Notes: a model not told the origin generated them from the sequence alone. Numbered from the stretch's first letter, positions 28,591 through 39,156 are shown. The stretch: 64,000 nt of DNA from Alphaproteobacteria bacterium (GCA_964291415.2 OZ219918.1:320001-384000), one strand, 5' to 3'. Numbers and translations: made by a program.

Positions 28591-30192
28591 GTGACGACAT
28601 TCGATGAACTGAAGCGGGATTTTTCCGAGGGTCGCGTCGACCGGCGTGACTTCATCCGGCGGGCGACAGCCATGGGCATGGCTGCGGCCATCCCGGCCGG
28701 CATCCTCGCCGAAGAGGCGAGGGCATCGGAACCCCGACGCGGCGGGCTGTTTCGCTCGGCGGTGCGCGGCGGTGCCACGTCGGACAGTCTCGACGGGGCA
28801 GCTCTGCTCGATACGCACAACATCATGACGTCCTGGACCTGCCGCAACAACCTGACGGAAGTGGCCCCGGATGGGAGCATTGTCGGGGAACTCGCGGAAA
28901 GTTGGGAAGCCTCGGCGGATGCCGCCATCTGGGTCTTCAACCTGCGCGACGGCGTCGAATTCCACAACGGCAAGTCCCTCGACGCGGATGATGTGATTTT
29001 CTCCATCAATCATCATCGCGGCCCGGACTCGACGTCGGGCGGATCAGGTGCCGTCGCCAGCATCGAGAGCATCGAGGCGGACGGCAAGGGCAAGGTCGTG
29101 TTCAACCTTTCGGGCGGCAGCGCGGACTTTCCCTTCCTGATGGCCGACTACCATCTGACCATCGTTCCCGACGGAACCGATGCAGCCGGCTGGGAGGCGG
29201 GCATCGGTACCGGTCCCTTTGTCTTGACGGCCTGGGAACCGGGAATTCGCTCCGCCGGCACGCGCAATCCCAACTACTTCAAGGAAGGGCGTCCTTACTT
29301 CGACGAGTGCGAAACTCTGAACGTCGGGGACGTGACGGCACGAATGACAGCGCTGCGCACCGGCGAAGTCGATGCCATGGAGGAACCGGAACTCAAGGGA
29401 GTCGACATGCTTGCGGAGATTCCCGGCCTGAGTGTCAAGGAAGTCGGCGGAACGAAACACTTCACGTTCCCGATGCACACCGACGTGGCGCCCTTCGATA
29501 ACAACGATGTGCGACTGGCGCTGAAGTTCGCCGTCGACCGGGAGGCCATCCTCAATACCATTCTGCGAGGTCATGGGTATCTTGGAAACGATCATCCGAT
29601 CGGGGCAAGCCAGCGCTACTTTGCAGCCGATCTGCCCATACGTGAGTACGATCCCGAAAGGGCCATGCATCACCTGAAGAAGGCGGGCCTGGACAGCCTC
29701 ACGATCCCGCTGCACGCCGCGGACATCTATGCCGGCGGCATGGACAGTGCAATTGTCTTCAGTGAGAGCGCCGCTGTTGCCGGAATCACGCTCGAGATCG
29801 TCCGCGAACCGATTGACGGTTACTGGTCGAACGTCTGGATGCAGAAGCCGTTCAGCGTGTGTTACTGGGGCGGGCGTCCGACGTCGGACTGGATGTTCTC
29901 CACCGCCTACGCTGCCGAAGCCAGCTGGAACGATACGAACTGGAAACACGACAGGTTCAACGAATTGCTGGTTGCGGCGCGCGGTGAACTGGATGATGCG
30001 AAGAGACGGCAAATGTATCACGACATGCAACAGATTTGCCGGGACGAGGGTGGCGTTGTCGTTCCGGTCTTTGCCAACTGGCTCAACGGAGTGAGCGACA
30101 AGATCGCAACACCGGAACGCATCGCCGGCAATTGGCCCCTTGATGGCGACAAGGCGCCGGAACGCTGGTGGTTCGCCGAGGGCGGCGCCTGA
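28591..30192 (+). CDS. ABC substrate-binding protein family 5, Tat-exported
   Basis: DRRDFIR, LAESWE, GVEFHNG, GTGPF, VRLALKFAVDR. Confidence 0.92.
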   Translation: MTTFDELKRDFSEGRVDRRDFIRRATAMGMAAAIPAGILAEEARASEPRRGGLFRSAVRGGATSDSLDGAALLDTHNIMTSWTCRNNLTEVAPDGSIVGELAESWEASADAAIWVFNLRDGVEFHNGKSLDADDVIFSINHHRGPDSTSGGSGAVASIESIEADGKGKVVFNLSGGSADFPFLMADYHLTIVPDGTDAAGWEAGIGTGPFVLTAWEPGIRSAGTRNPNYFKEGRPYFDECETLNVGDVTARMTALRTGEVDAMEEPELKGVDMLAEIPGLSVKEVGGTKHFTFPMHTDVAPFDNNDVRLALKFAVDREAILNTILRGHGYLGNDHPIGASQRYFAADLPIREYDPERAMHHLKKAGLDSLTIPLHAADIYAGGMDSAIVFSESAAVAGITLEIVREPIDGYWSNVWMQKPFSVCYWGGRPTSDWMFSTAYAAEASWNDTNWKHDRFNELLVAARGELDDAKRRQMYHDMQQICRDEGGVVVPVFANWLNGVSDKIATPERIAGNWPLDGDKAPERWWFAEGGA

Positions 30193-30220
30193 TCGTCTGC
30201 GTGAGCCTCGACACGGTGGA

Positions 30221-30258
30221 GCTGTCGTCCCGGGATAAGGCCCCGGGGCGACAGTTTC
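30221..30258 (+). terminator. Hairpin after the binding-protein gene
   Basis: CTGTCGTCCCGGG...CCCGGGGCGACAG followed by TTT. Confidence 0.6.
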
Positions 30259-30274
30259 CTTCGGAGGCCTTGCC

Positions 30275-32068
30275 GTGACGTTGGTGATTCATGGCCGGGC
30301 GAGAAAGCTCGGTGACGATATCGATACCGACCAGATGGCGCCGTATCCCTTTGGACGCAACTGGGAAGAGGTGCGTGGTCGGATTTTTCCCGACCACCGG
30401 AAATTCGTAGAGACGTTCCAGCCCGGCGACATCATCGTCGCCGGGCGGAACTGGGGTTGCGGCTCCAGCAGGGAGCCGGCAACCGCCAACATGAAATCCC
30501 TGGGCGCGGCCGCCATCGTCGCGGAATCCTTCGCGCGAATCTTCTTTCGCAACGGGATCGCGCTTGGTTTGCCATGCATCCCCTGCGCCGGAATCGCGAC
30601 GGCCTGCTCCGATGGCGACGAGATCACGATCGATCTGGAAGCCGGGGTGGTCCGGAACAGAACAAGCGGGCACACGCTCCGATTTCCCGCCTTTCCGGAC
30701 ACCGTACGCACGATCCTCGCCGAAGGCGGCATCCTCGAGGTTCTGGGCAAGTCCCCGGTTGCCGAGATTGTTCCGCGATCACTTGACGAGCTCGAACCAG
30801 GCCAGACCATGGCCGAGAAAATCCTCGCCCGGGCCAGCGGGCGGACGAAGGCCAGCCCGGGAGAACTGGTCGTCGCCAGGGCGGACAGGGCTGTCCTGAT
30901 CGAATTCATGGTGTCCTGTGTCGATCGGCTGGCCGCGGTCGGAGTGCAGGACTTCTGGGACCCGGACAAGGTTTCCTCGGTCAGCACGCTGCGGTTTCCG
31001 GCTCCTGATCCCGAAGCGGCCCGTGTCCACAGCCGGATGAGGGAGATTGCAGCCGACAAGGGTCTCTCGTGCTTCTACGGTCATGAAGGGATCGTCAACC
31101 AGGTGATGGTCGAGAAGGGCGACATCCTGCCGGGCAACCTCGTGTTCGGGACGGACTCGCACAGCACGTCCTATGGTGTCATGGGCGCCGCCGGAACAGG
31201 TCTCGGCATCACCGAAATGAGCTACGTTCTGGCGACCGGGCAGCTCTGGATGCAGGTGCCGGAAACCATCCGGTTTTCCCTGGACGGTTCGCCCGGGCCC
31301 GGCGTGATGTCGAAGGATCTCATTCTGTATCTCCTCGGCCGGTACGGTGCCGATTTTGCGCAGTACAAGGCGATCGAGTTTGCCGGCGACCTTGTCGACC
31401 GCATGAGTATCGCGAGCCGGTTCACCATGGCCAACATGGGCGTGGAGATGGGGGCCAAGTTCGCGATGTTCGAGGCTGATGAGAAGGTTCTGGACTACCT
31501 CCGCCGGCGGACCGATATCCCGCTTTCGTCCTTCGGACCCGATGAGGATGCCGACTACGCATTCGAAGCCAGGATCGATGTTTCCGCAATCTCCCCGCAA
31601 GTGGCCAAGCCCTACAGTCCCGCCAACGTGAGCCCGGTGGAAGACCTTGAGGGAACGGCGCTCGACCAGGTGTTTCTTGGCTCCTGTACCAACGCCCGGC
31701 TGGAAGACATCGCCATAGCCGCAAGAATTCTGAAGGGCCATTCCGTCGCTCCCACCACCCGCCTGCTGGTCACGCCGGCATCGAGCCACACGCTGCTGGA
31801 GGCGACGCGGGCAGGTTATGTCGAGACCCTGCTGGAGGCGGGTGCCCACATCACCCCGTCCGGTTGCGGGGCGTGTCCCGGAGGGAGCAACGGGGTCCTC
31901 GGCGCCGGCGAAACGTGCCTTTCGACGTCCAACCGCAACTTCAGGGGTCGCATGGGCAGCCCCGACGCTTTCATCTATCTTGCGTCTCCCGCGACGGCGG
32001 CAGCGTCGGCGATAACCGGGAAGATCACGGACCCACGTGAATTCTGGCGAGATTCCAGCCCGTCCTGA
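30275..32068 (+). CDS. Fused LeuD-LeuC (swivel + large subunit) aconitase-family dehydratase/isomerase
   Basis: N-terminal DTDQ, GCGSSRE, SFARIFFRN; then GQTMAEKILA, TDSHST, GSCTN, CGACPG, SNRNFRGRMGS. Confidence 0.9.
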   Translation: MTLVIHGRARKLGDDIDTDQMAPYPFGRNWEEVRGRIFPDHRKFVETFQPGDIIVAGRNWGCGSSREPATANMKSLGAAAIVAESFARIFFRNGIALGLPCIPCAGIATACSDGDEITIDLEAGVVRNRTSGHTLRFPAFPDTVRTILAEGGILEVLGKSPVAEIVPRSLDELEPGQTMAEKILARASGRTKASPGELVVARADRAVLIEFMVSCVDRLAAVGVQDFWDPDKVSSVSTLRFPAPDPEAARVHSRMREIAADKGLSCFYGHEGIVNQVMVEKGDILPGNLVFGTDSHSTSYGVMGAAGTGLGITEMSYVLATGQLWMQVPETIRFSLDGSPGPGVMSKDLILYLLGRYGADFAQYKAIEFAGDLVDRMSIASRFTMANMGVEMGAKFAMFEADEKVLDYLRRRTDIPLSSFGPDEDADYAFEARIDVSAISPQVAKPYSPANVSPVEDLEGTALDQVFLGSCTNARLEDIAIAARILKGHSVAPTTRLLVTPASSHTLLEATRAGYVETLLEAGAHITPSGCGACPGGSNGVLGAGETCLSTSNRNFRGRMGSPDAFIYLASPATAAASAITGKITDPREFWRDSSPS

Positions 32069-32381
32069 CGTCGCACCGGGCCGCGAGGCCCATCAACTCG
32101 GTGCGCCGGATGACGGACCGCCAGGATCTGTACGCCCATGATGCACCATGGGGTCATGCGGCACGGAGCCTTCGTCACGCGAACGTGCGCTGCATCATCT
32201 TCGGGGGGCTGACAAACGCGAACCGCGATGACGTCGTCCATGACCGGTCCGGTTCCAGCGTGCCGAAGATGGCTGGTGGTTCTTGACCGTTCCTGTCGGA
32301 TTCATCACAGTATCGTCGCCGTCCGGAACCACGGCGTGTCGCTCAACAGGTCCACGAACTGTCAATGACGGAGGCTGGACC

Positions 32382-33389
32382 ATGTCGGACATCTTTCCCA
32401 CGCTCGTCGAGGTTGACGTGTCACCGCTGTTCAATGGCACCGAAGTCGAGGTGGCCGAGACGGGAGCAGCCATGTTGGCGGCCATGGAGGCATCCAACGG
32501 CTTTGTCGCGGCGGGCCTGCCCGGCGCTGCATCTCTCGATGCCCGGATTGGCAATCTGCTCCGCTTCTTCGAACTGCCCGAGTCCGAACGGCTGGCCCTC
32601 GCCACGCGACGGCACCGTGCCGGCGCCGGACATTGCTACCGTGGTTATTTTCCGTTGCCCGAAGAGAGGGGCTGGGCCCACAACGAGATTTTCGATTTCG
32701 GACCGCATGAGCCGTCCCGGGCGCCGCAGGATCATCCGGTCAAGCGATTCCTGGAAGAGACGAACCAGTGGCCGGCACGCGAGCCCCATGCAGGCTGGCG
32801 CAGCGCCGCCGAGGCGCTCTTCGACGATCTGCGCGCACTTTCCGTTGCGGTCATGGCGGCGCTTGCCGGTGCGCTCGAAGAGGATGTGGGGGCCGTGATG
32901 AGCAAGTTCGACGACGGCAACGGCACGCTCCGCATCCTGCACTATCCGCCACCGCCCGACGACTTCGTCGCCGCGCACAGGGAGAGCCTTCCAGAGCGGG
33001 TCGACGCCGCGGGACGACGCATCATCACCCACCGCCACACCGACGCCTGTGTCCTGTCGGTGCTTTGGCAGGACCGGATCGGCGGTCTGCAGTACGAAGG
33101 CCGCGACGGCACATGGCGCGAAGTGCCGTCAGGCGACGGGCGGCTTTCGATCCACGCCGGGCGCGCCCTGGCTCTGATGACCCGCGGTCGTATTGCGGGC
33201 ACGCCGCACAGGGTCGTCGGCACGGGACTGGACCGCTGTTCCCTGGGCTTTTTCCTGGAGCCCGGCTTTGCCGAGGCGATTGCCGTTGACGAGGACGAAC
33301 GGTCGTTCACCTACGCCGATCACATGAAGGACGACTTCGCCGATCTGGACGTCTACGCCGATGTCATGGGAGATGCGGTGGCGGCGTGA
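32382..33389 (+). CDS. 2-oxoglutarate/Fe(II) oxygenase, IPNS-like
   Basis: YRGY, LRILHYP, HTD...HRV facial triad, RCS (RxS). Confidence 0.9.
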   Translation: MSDIFPTLVEVDVSPLFNGTEVEVAETGAAMLAAMEASNGFVAAGLPGAASLDARIGNLLRFFELPESERLALATRRHRAGAGHCYRGYFPLPEERGWAHNEIFDFGPHEPSRAPQDHPVKRFLEETNQWPAREPHAGWRSAAEALFDDLRALSVAVMAALAGALEEDVGAVMSKFDDGNGTLRILHYPPPPDDFVAAHRESLPERVDAAGRRIITHRHTDACVLSVLWQDRIGGLQYEGRDGTWREVPSGDGRLSIHAGRALALMTRGRIAGTPHRVVGTGLDRCSLGFFLEPGFAEAIAVDEDERSFTYADHMKDDFADLDVYADVMGDAVAA

Positions 33390-33499
33390 GGGAGCAACAC
33401 GACGACCGCCCCGGGCCGCTTCGATCACGCCCGGACGCCTGGTCACTCCATCATCGATACTGTCTGGCAAACCTCCCCGGCTCCTGAAGCGCGGATGTC

Positions 33500-34729
33500 A
33501 TGACCCGGCGCGCTGACAGTATCGAAGTTCGCTATGGCTGGGTCGTCCTCGCCGCATCTCTGGCGATCGGGACGATCGCCATGGCGGCACCCAACATTCT
33601 CTTTGTCGGCCTGAAGGACATTGCCTCCGACTTCGGGTGGCCCCGTGCGGGCCCCTCTCTGGCGTATTCCCTGCTGATGATGGGAAGTGGTGTGGGTGGC
33701 ATTGCCATGGGCCTGTGGATGGACAGGCGAAGCGTGATTGAGCCAGTCCTGTTCGGCTCGGTCATGATCGGTCTCGGCGCCATTGTCGCCAGCCATGCAG
33801 GTGCGCGCTGGGATTTCTATGTCGCCAACGGATTGCTTATCGGCGCCTTTGGCGAAGCGGCAATGATTGCGCCGCTCATTGCAAATGCCACGCGATGGTT
33901 CGATCGACGCCGGGGTCTTGCAGTGGCGATCATCGCGTCGGGCCAGGGCGTGGCCGGAGCAATATGGCCACCGGTCATAAGGTTCCTGAACGATTCCGTG
34001 GGGTGGCGGGAAACGTATCTCTGTTTCGGGATTTTTGCGCTGGCAACACTTGTGCCTCTTGCATTGTTCCTGAAACCGAAGCCACCGATTGCGTCTGCCG
34101 AGACAAGTCAGGGCTCCAGCATGGGTGAGTTTTCCGTGCTGGGACATTCTCCAGCAACGGTGCAGGCCTTGCTGTGTCTGGCGGTCGTGGGTTGCTGTAC
34201 GGCGATGGCGGTGCCGATCGTGCATCTCATCAGCCATGTGACCGACATCGGACTCTCGCGTTCCACCGGTGCCAGCATGTTGTCAGTGCTGTTTGCCGCG
34301 TCGTTTGTCAGCCGCATCGGATTCGGTTTGCTTGCCGACAGGATCGGAGCGGTCAGATCAATGCTGATCGCTTCCGGTGCCCAGGCGGTCATGTTGTTGG
34401 CCTTCGCATTCGTCACGACCGAAATCGGTCTGTATCTCGCCGCATTCATGTTCGGCATCGGCTTTGCCGGAATCATGCCCAACTACGCACTGATGATCAG
34501 ACATTGGTTTCCAGGCAGTCAGATTGGCTGGAGAGTGGGCACAACCTATCTGTTCGGGGCGATAGGCATGGCGATGGGCGGTTGGCTCGGAGGCGCACTC
34601 CATGACGTCACCGGTACATACACGCTTGCCTTCCTTGCCGGGTTTGGATTCAACGTGATGAACTTCATGGTGATTGGTCACCTCTGTTTGCGTCAGACCA
34701 AACTTCGACTCAGCCACCTTCCGGTCTGA
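33500..34729 (+). CDS. MFS transporter
   Basis: RYGWVV, RWFDRRRGLA, GLLADRIG; about 12 TM segments. Confidence 0.9.
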   Translation: MTRRADSIEVRYGWVVLAASLAIGTIAMAAPNILFVGLKDIASDFGWPRAGPSLAYSLLMMGSGVGGIAMGLWMDRRSVIEPVLFGSVMIGLGAIVASHAGARWDFYVANGLLIGAFGEAAMIAPLIANATRWFDRRRGLAVAIIASGQGVAGAIWPPVIRFLNDSVGWRETYLCFGIFALATLVPLALFLKPKPPIASAETSQGSSMGEFSVLGHSPATVQALLCLAVVGCCTAMAVPIVHLISHVTDIGLSRSTGASMLSVLFAASFVSRIGFGLLADRIGAVRSMLIASGAQAVMLLAFAFVTTEIGLYLAAFMFGIGFAGIMPNYALMIRHWFPGSQIGWRVGTTYLFGAIGMAMGGWLGGALHDVTGTYTLAFLAGFGFNVMNFMVIGHLCLRQTKLRLSHLPV

Positions 34730-34927
34730 CCGTGGTTTCGGGTTGGACGCCCTGCGGCGCACTCGCTTCCGGAAGACGGTCTGGCATGGTGGCCAGCTGT
34801 TTCAGGGTAGCGATGTCCAGACGGACCCCGGCGTCCGCACACGCCGATGAGGGCCCGGGAATCGGGATCGCCACGTTCACTCTGCGATGAGGGTCGCGGG
34901 CGCACCGTGTTGCGACGATGACCGTGC

Positions 34928-35971
34928 CTAGAACTCGAACACGCCCTTTCCCGTCGACTGCTTGTCAAACAGGCGATAGGCGTTTTCCGCCTCGTCCAGG
35001 GAGAACCTGTGGGTGAAGATGCGGTCGAGATCAATGCCGCGTTCGGCGATGTATCTGGCGCAATCGCCCTGATCGACGCTTGAAAACGTCCAGGATCCGA
35101 TGATGGTCAACTGTCGGCGCATGATGTCCTTCGAGACGTCAAGAGTCACCGACCCACCTTCGCCGACAAGGCATGTGGTGCCCCAGGTTCGGGTCGAACG
35201 AACCGCCTGCACCCGCGCCGCCGACGCGCCGCTGCAGTCGATCGTGAGGCTGGCTCCCTCGCCGTGGGTCAAGTCCCTGATTGCCTCGACCGGATCGGTC
35301 ATGCCTGGATCGATGGTTTCGGCCGCGCCGAACATTCGGGCCATCTCCCGTCTTTCGTGGGAGAGTTCCACGGCGATGACGCGCGCGCCCATCTCTGCTG
35401 CAAGCAGGACGACGCTGAGGCCGACGGGACCCTGGCCGAACACGGCGATGGTGTCCCGTCCAGTCAGGTTCATGCGCTTGAGTGCCCTGAAGGCCGTGCC
35501 GGTTCCACAGGCAATTGCCGCACCTTCCGAGAACGAGAGCGCTTCGGGCAGGGTCACCAGGGTGTCCGCCGGCACGCGCATGTAGGGGGCATGGGCCCCA
35601 TGTGCCGTGGCGCCGTAGACCACGAAGCCATCGGAGCACAGTTGCTGCCATCCGGAGCGGCAGGAAGAACAGACGCCGCATCCGCTGTAGTGATGGCACA
35701 TGACGCGTTCGCCCAGCGCCAGACGACCTTCGGGAACATCCTTCCCTCGGGCAACGATCACGCCGCAGGGCTCATGTCCGGCAATGACCGGCCCGTCCAC
35801 AAGGTCGAGGCCCAGGGACTTGGCGCCTTCGGCAGCCCGATAGAAGTGCAGGTCGCTTCCACACATGCCCGACGCCTTGATTTCCAGCACAACATCGCCC
35901 GGGCCCGGCTCCGGGTCGGGAAAGTGCATCAGTTCAAGGACGCGGTTTCCGTGGAATACGACACCTTTCAA
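34928..35971 (-). CDS. Zn-dependent alcohol dehydrogenase (MDR)
   Basis: CGSD, GHE, structural zinc CxxCxxCx7C, GQGPVG. Confidence 0.92.
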   Translation of the reverse strand: MKGVVFHGNRVLELMHFPDPEPGPGDVVLEIKASGMCGSDLHFYRAAEGAKSLGLDLVDGPVIAGHEPCGVIVARGKDVPEGRLALGERVMCHHYSGCGVCSSCRSGWQQLCSDGFVVYGATAHGAHAPYMRVPADTLVTLPEALSFSEGAAIACGTGTAFRALKRMNLTGRDTIAVFGQGPVGLSVVLLAAEMGARVIAVELSHERREMARMFGAAETIDPGMTDPVEAIRDLTHGEGASLTIDCSGASAARVQAVRSTRTWGTTCLVGEGGSVTLDVSKDIMRRQLTIIGSWTFSSVDQGDCARYIAERGIDLDRIFTHRFSLDEAENAYRLFDKQSTGKGVFEF

Positions 35972-36079
35972 CGTGCCGGCCTCTCGAGTGAATGGACCCG
36001 CTGCGCAATTCGGTGAGCCGTGGCATGAGATCCTGGCGGCCCGGGACGCTCCGTCGCGGAGTGACGTTCGCCGGTGGAG

Positions 36080-37567
36080 TTATCCGATGACAAAGGGGTT
36101 GTCCATGCTTTCGGCCATGGAGATCCAGACGCTCTTGGTCTGCAGATACTCCCGGATCGCCTCCTGCCCGAGCTCCCTGCCCAAGCCGCTCTTCTTGTAT
36201 CCTCCGAACGGCGTGGTGTAGCTCACGGCCCTGTACATGTTGACCCAGACGGTTCCGGCCTGCAGCCGGTTCGCCATGGTGATGGCCCGGCGCATGTTCT
36301 CCGTCCACACGCCGGCCGCCAGGCCGAATGCGACATCATTGCCGATCGCCACCGCATCGTCGTCATCCCTGAACGGAATGACCGACAACACGGGCCCGAA
36401 CACCTCCTCCTGGGCAATGCGCATGTCATTTCGCACGCCTGTGAAGATCGTTGGTTCGACGAACCAGCCGTCACCGCATTCCGGCCGGGTTGCCTTCCCG
36501 CCTCCGAGCACGACTTCCGCGCCCTCGTTCCTGGCTATGTCGATGTAGGCAAGCACCTTATCGAACTGGGGCATGTTGGTGACGGGCCCGACATTGGTGT
36601 CGGCGTTCATCGGATTCCCCATTCTCGCCCTGCTTGCGAAGGCGACGAGGCGGTCCACGAATGCGTTGTGAATGCTCTCCTGGACGAGAAGTCTCGATCC
36701 CGCCACGCAGGTCTGGCCGCTTGCCGCGAAGATGCCCGCAACGGCACCCTTGACGGCGTTGTCGAGGTTGGCGTCCGCAAAGACGATGTTCGGCGACTTG
36801 CCGCCGAGTTCGAGACTCACGCGCTTGATGTCACGAGCGGCATCCGAATAGATGCCCGCCCCCGTCTTCTCGGATCCGGTGAAGGAGACCTTGCGCACGA
36901 GCGGATGATCGATCAGGGGTTGCCCGGCTTCTGGCCCGAAGCCCGTCACGACGTTGACCACGCCTTTCGGAAAGCCCGCGCGTTCAACGAGTTCGATAAA
37001 CTTGAGAGTCGAGGCGGAGGTGTACTCGGACGGTTTCACGACAACGGTGTTGCCCGCGGCAAGTGCGGGCGCGAGTTTCCAGGCGGTGAGCAGCAGCGGC
37101 GAGTTCCAGGGCACGATGGCCGCACACACCCCCAATGGCTCGTGTCGTGTATAGGTGAAGGCCGCCTTGTCGGTCGGGATGACCGATCCTTCGATCTTGT
37201 CGGCCAGTCCGGCGAAGTAGTGGTAGAAGCTCGGGGCGTACCGCAACTGCCCCGCCATTTCGCTGAGCAGTTTGCCGTTGTCCCTGACCTCGAGCCGGGC
37301 GAGATCATCCGCGTTCTCGGCAACCAGTTCTGCGAGATTGCGCAGCAAGGCGCCGCGCTCGCTGGCGTTGAGGTCCGGCCAGGCGCCTGTAGTGAAGGCG
37401 CGATGCGCCGCCCGGGCTGCACGATCGGCATCATCAGCCGTGCCGCGCGGAACAAGACACCAGGGTTTGCCGGTGAAAGGGTCGTAGCTCTCGAAGTAGG
37501 TACCGGAAGCATGTTCGACGAATGCACCGTCGATGTACATTTGCAGTTTGGGCAGATCCTTGGTCAA
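36080..37567 (-). CDS. Aldehyde dehydrogenase
   Basis: PWNSP, KPSE, FTGS, LELGGKSP, GQTC, EEVFGPV; TTG start inferred. Confidence 0.93.
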   Translation of the reverse strand: MTKDLPKLQMYIDGAFVEHASGTYFESYDPFTGKPWCLVPRGTADDADRAARAAHRAFTTGAWPDLNASERGALLRNLAELVAENADDLARLEVRDNGKLLSEMAGQLRYAPSFYHYFAGLADKIEGSVIPTDKAAFTYTRHEPLGVCAAIVPWNSPLLLTAWKLAPALAAGNTVVVKPSEYTSASTLKFIELVERAGFPKGVVNVVTGFGPEAGQPLIDHPLVRKVSFTGSEKTGAGIYSDAARDIKRVSLELGGKSPNIVFADANLDNAVKGAVAGIFAASGQTCVAGSRLLVQESIHNAFVDRLVAFASRARMGNPMNADTNVGPVTNMPQFDKVLAYIDIARNEGAEVVLGGGKATRPECGDGWFVEPTIFTGVRNDMRIAQEEVFGPVLSVIPFRDDDDAVAIGNDVAFGLAAGVWTENMRRAITMANRLQAGTVWVNMYRAVSYTTPFGGYKKSGLGRELGQEAIREYLQTKSVWISMAESMDNPFVIG

Positions 37568-37587
37568 GGCAGATGTTCCGTTGGTTG

Positions 37588-39156
37588 CTAGTACCAGGCG
37601 TCGTTCATCGACGCCTTTCTTCTGGTGCAGTACGCCGTCAGCTCTTCGTCGACGGCGGCGTTGATCGGCGGCTTCTCGTAGTCCTCGAGAATTTGTGTGC
37701 ACAGGGCATGGGCTCGTTCGAGGGTGTCCTTGCTTCCTCGATCCGTCCACGCCTCGAAACTGTCGGAATCCGGCAGTTCCGTTCGAATGTTGGCTGTCGC
37801 GGCATTGCGCAGCGTATGGCCGCAGCCAAGGAAGTTGGACTCGTCGCCGAGTTCCAGGAAGGCATCGCCGGCAAGGGTGTTGTCGTCAACGTCCAGGCCC
37901 CGCAGGGCTCGCGCGATGCCCGTGCACTTCTCGGCATCGGCAATGAACTTCTCGAAGCCTATCGTCAGACCGCCTTCGAGCCAGCCGGCGGACTGATGGA
38001 TGAAATGTGCACCGCCCATGACCGGCGGAGTCATCGATGCGACGGATTCCTCCATGGCCTGCGCGTCGAGGAGTTTCGAAGCCGTCAGATGTCCGCCGCA
38101 TCGAACCGGTAACCCGAGACGGCGCCCGAGCTGGACGATCGCGAAGTTCGCGAGACTCGATTCCGGCGTACCGTAGGTCGGTGCGCCGCTCCTGAGGTCC
38201 ATGGTGGTCACGAAAACGCTGTAAAGCGCGGGCGAGCCCTTTCGCACGAGCTGGGAAAAGGCGATTCCAGCCATGGCTTCCGCATGGGCTTGCGCCAGGG
38301 TCCCAGCCATCGTGGCTGGCGACATGGCACCGGCAATGATGAAGGGCGTGATCATGTTGGCCTGATTGGCCTTCGCGTAGGTTCTGATTGCGCCGGTCGT
38401 TTCCGCGTTGAAGGTCAAAGGCGACTGCACGGCAGTACCGGCCAGGACCACGGCATGGTCGTCCAGAAAGCCGTCGCCGAAGACAATGCGCGCCAGTTCG
38501 AGCGTGTCCTCGCCTCGCTCCGGCGTGCTGACGGCTCCCATGATCGGCTTGTCCGAGTATCGCAACTGGGAACAGACGATGTCGAGGTGCCGTTTGTTGA
38601 CCGGTAGGTCGGAGGGCTCGCAGATCAGCGCCGGGTTGTGGTGAAGTGCCGGCGCACATTGCAACAGCTTCGTCAGATCCTGATGGTCCTTGATCGTGCC
38701 GTACCGGCGGCCCTGCCTCATGTCGGTGACGAAGGGTGCACCGTCGGCCGGGGCCATCACGACATTGTCGCCTCCGAAGACCACGCTTCGCGACGGATTG
38801 CGCGCATGCATCGTGAAGGTCGAAGGCGCTGTGGCGCAAAGCGATTGCACCAGGCCACGATCGAACCGAACGCGGTCTCCATCAACACTGGCGCCTGCAT
38901 TCTTGAACAGCGTGCGTGCACCCGGGTCTCCCGTGATGCGGATGCCGATTTCCGCCAGGAGCCAATCCGCCTGTGTCTCGATTCCTTCCAGGGCCTCTTG
39001 CGACAACAACTCGAATCTCGGGATGCGGCGGACAATGTACGGCGAGTCACATGCCTTCGGTGTTTCGCGAAAGCGTCTCGTTCGCCTGCTCCGGCGCCGG
39101 GGAACGTTTTCCCTGCCTGTTGCGGAGTGATGTTCCTCCTGGTTCCCGTGTGTCAT
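37588..39156 (-). CDS. Non-pyrrolysine trimethylamine methyltransferase (MttB/MtgB family)
   Basis: FTMHARNP, GAMSPATMAG, MDLRSGAPTYGTPE, DAQAMEES, SAGWLEGGL; no in-frame TAG. Confidence 0.9.
   Translation of the reverse strand: MTHGNQEEHHSATGRENVPRRRSRRTRRFRETPKACDSPYIVRRIPRFELLSQEALEGIETQADWLLAEIGIRITGDPGARTLFKNAGASVDGDRVRFDRGLVQSLCATAPSTFTMHARNPSRSVVFGGDNVVMAPADGAPFVTDMRQGRRYGTIKDHQDLTKLLQCAPALHHNPALICEPSDLPVNKRHLDIVCSQLRYSDKPIMGAVSTPERGEDTLELARIVFGDGFLDDHAVVLAGTAVQSPLTFNAETTGAIRTYAKANQANMITPFIIAGAMSPATMAGTLAQAHAEAMAGIAFSQLVRKGSPALYSVFVTTMDLRSGAPTYGTPESSLANFAIVQLGRRLGLPVRCGGHLTASKLLDAQAMEESVASMTPPVMGGAHFIHQSAGWLEGGLTIGFEKFIADAEKCTGIARALRGLDVDDNTLAGDAFLELGDESNFLGCGHTLRNAATANIRTELPDSDSFEAWTDRGSKDTLERAHALCTQILEDYEKPPINAAVDEELTAYCTRRKASMNDAWY

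Noticed and set aside
32101-32286. 61-aa ORF between the LeuDC fusion and the oxygenase
   Set aside because: No RBS or recognisable motif.
37588-39156. Pyrrolysine recoding in MttB, or selenocysteine in the molybdoenzyme
   Set aside because: Both ORFs are full length with no in-frame TAG or TGA.
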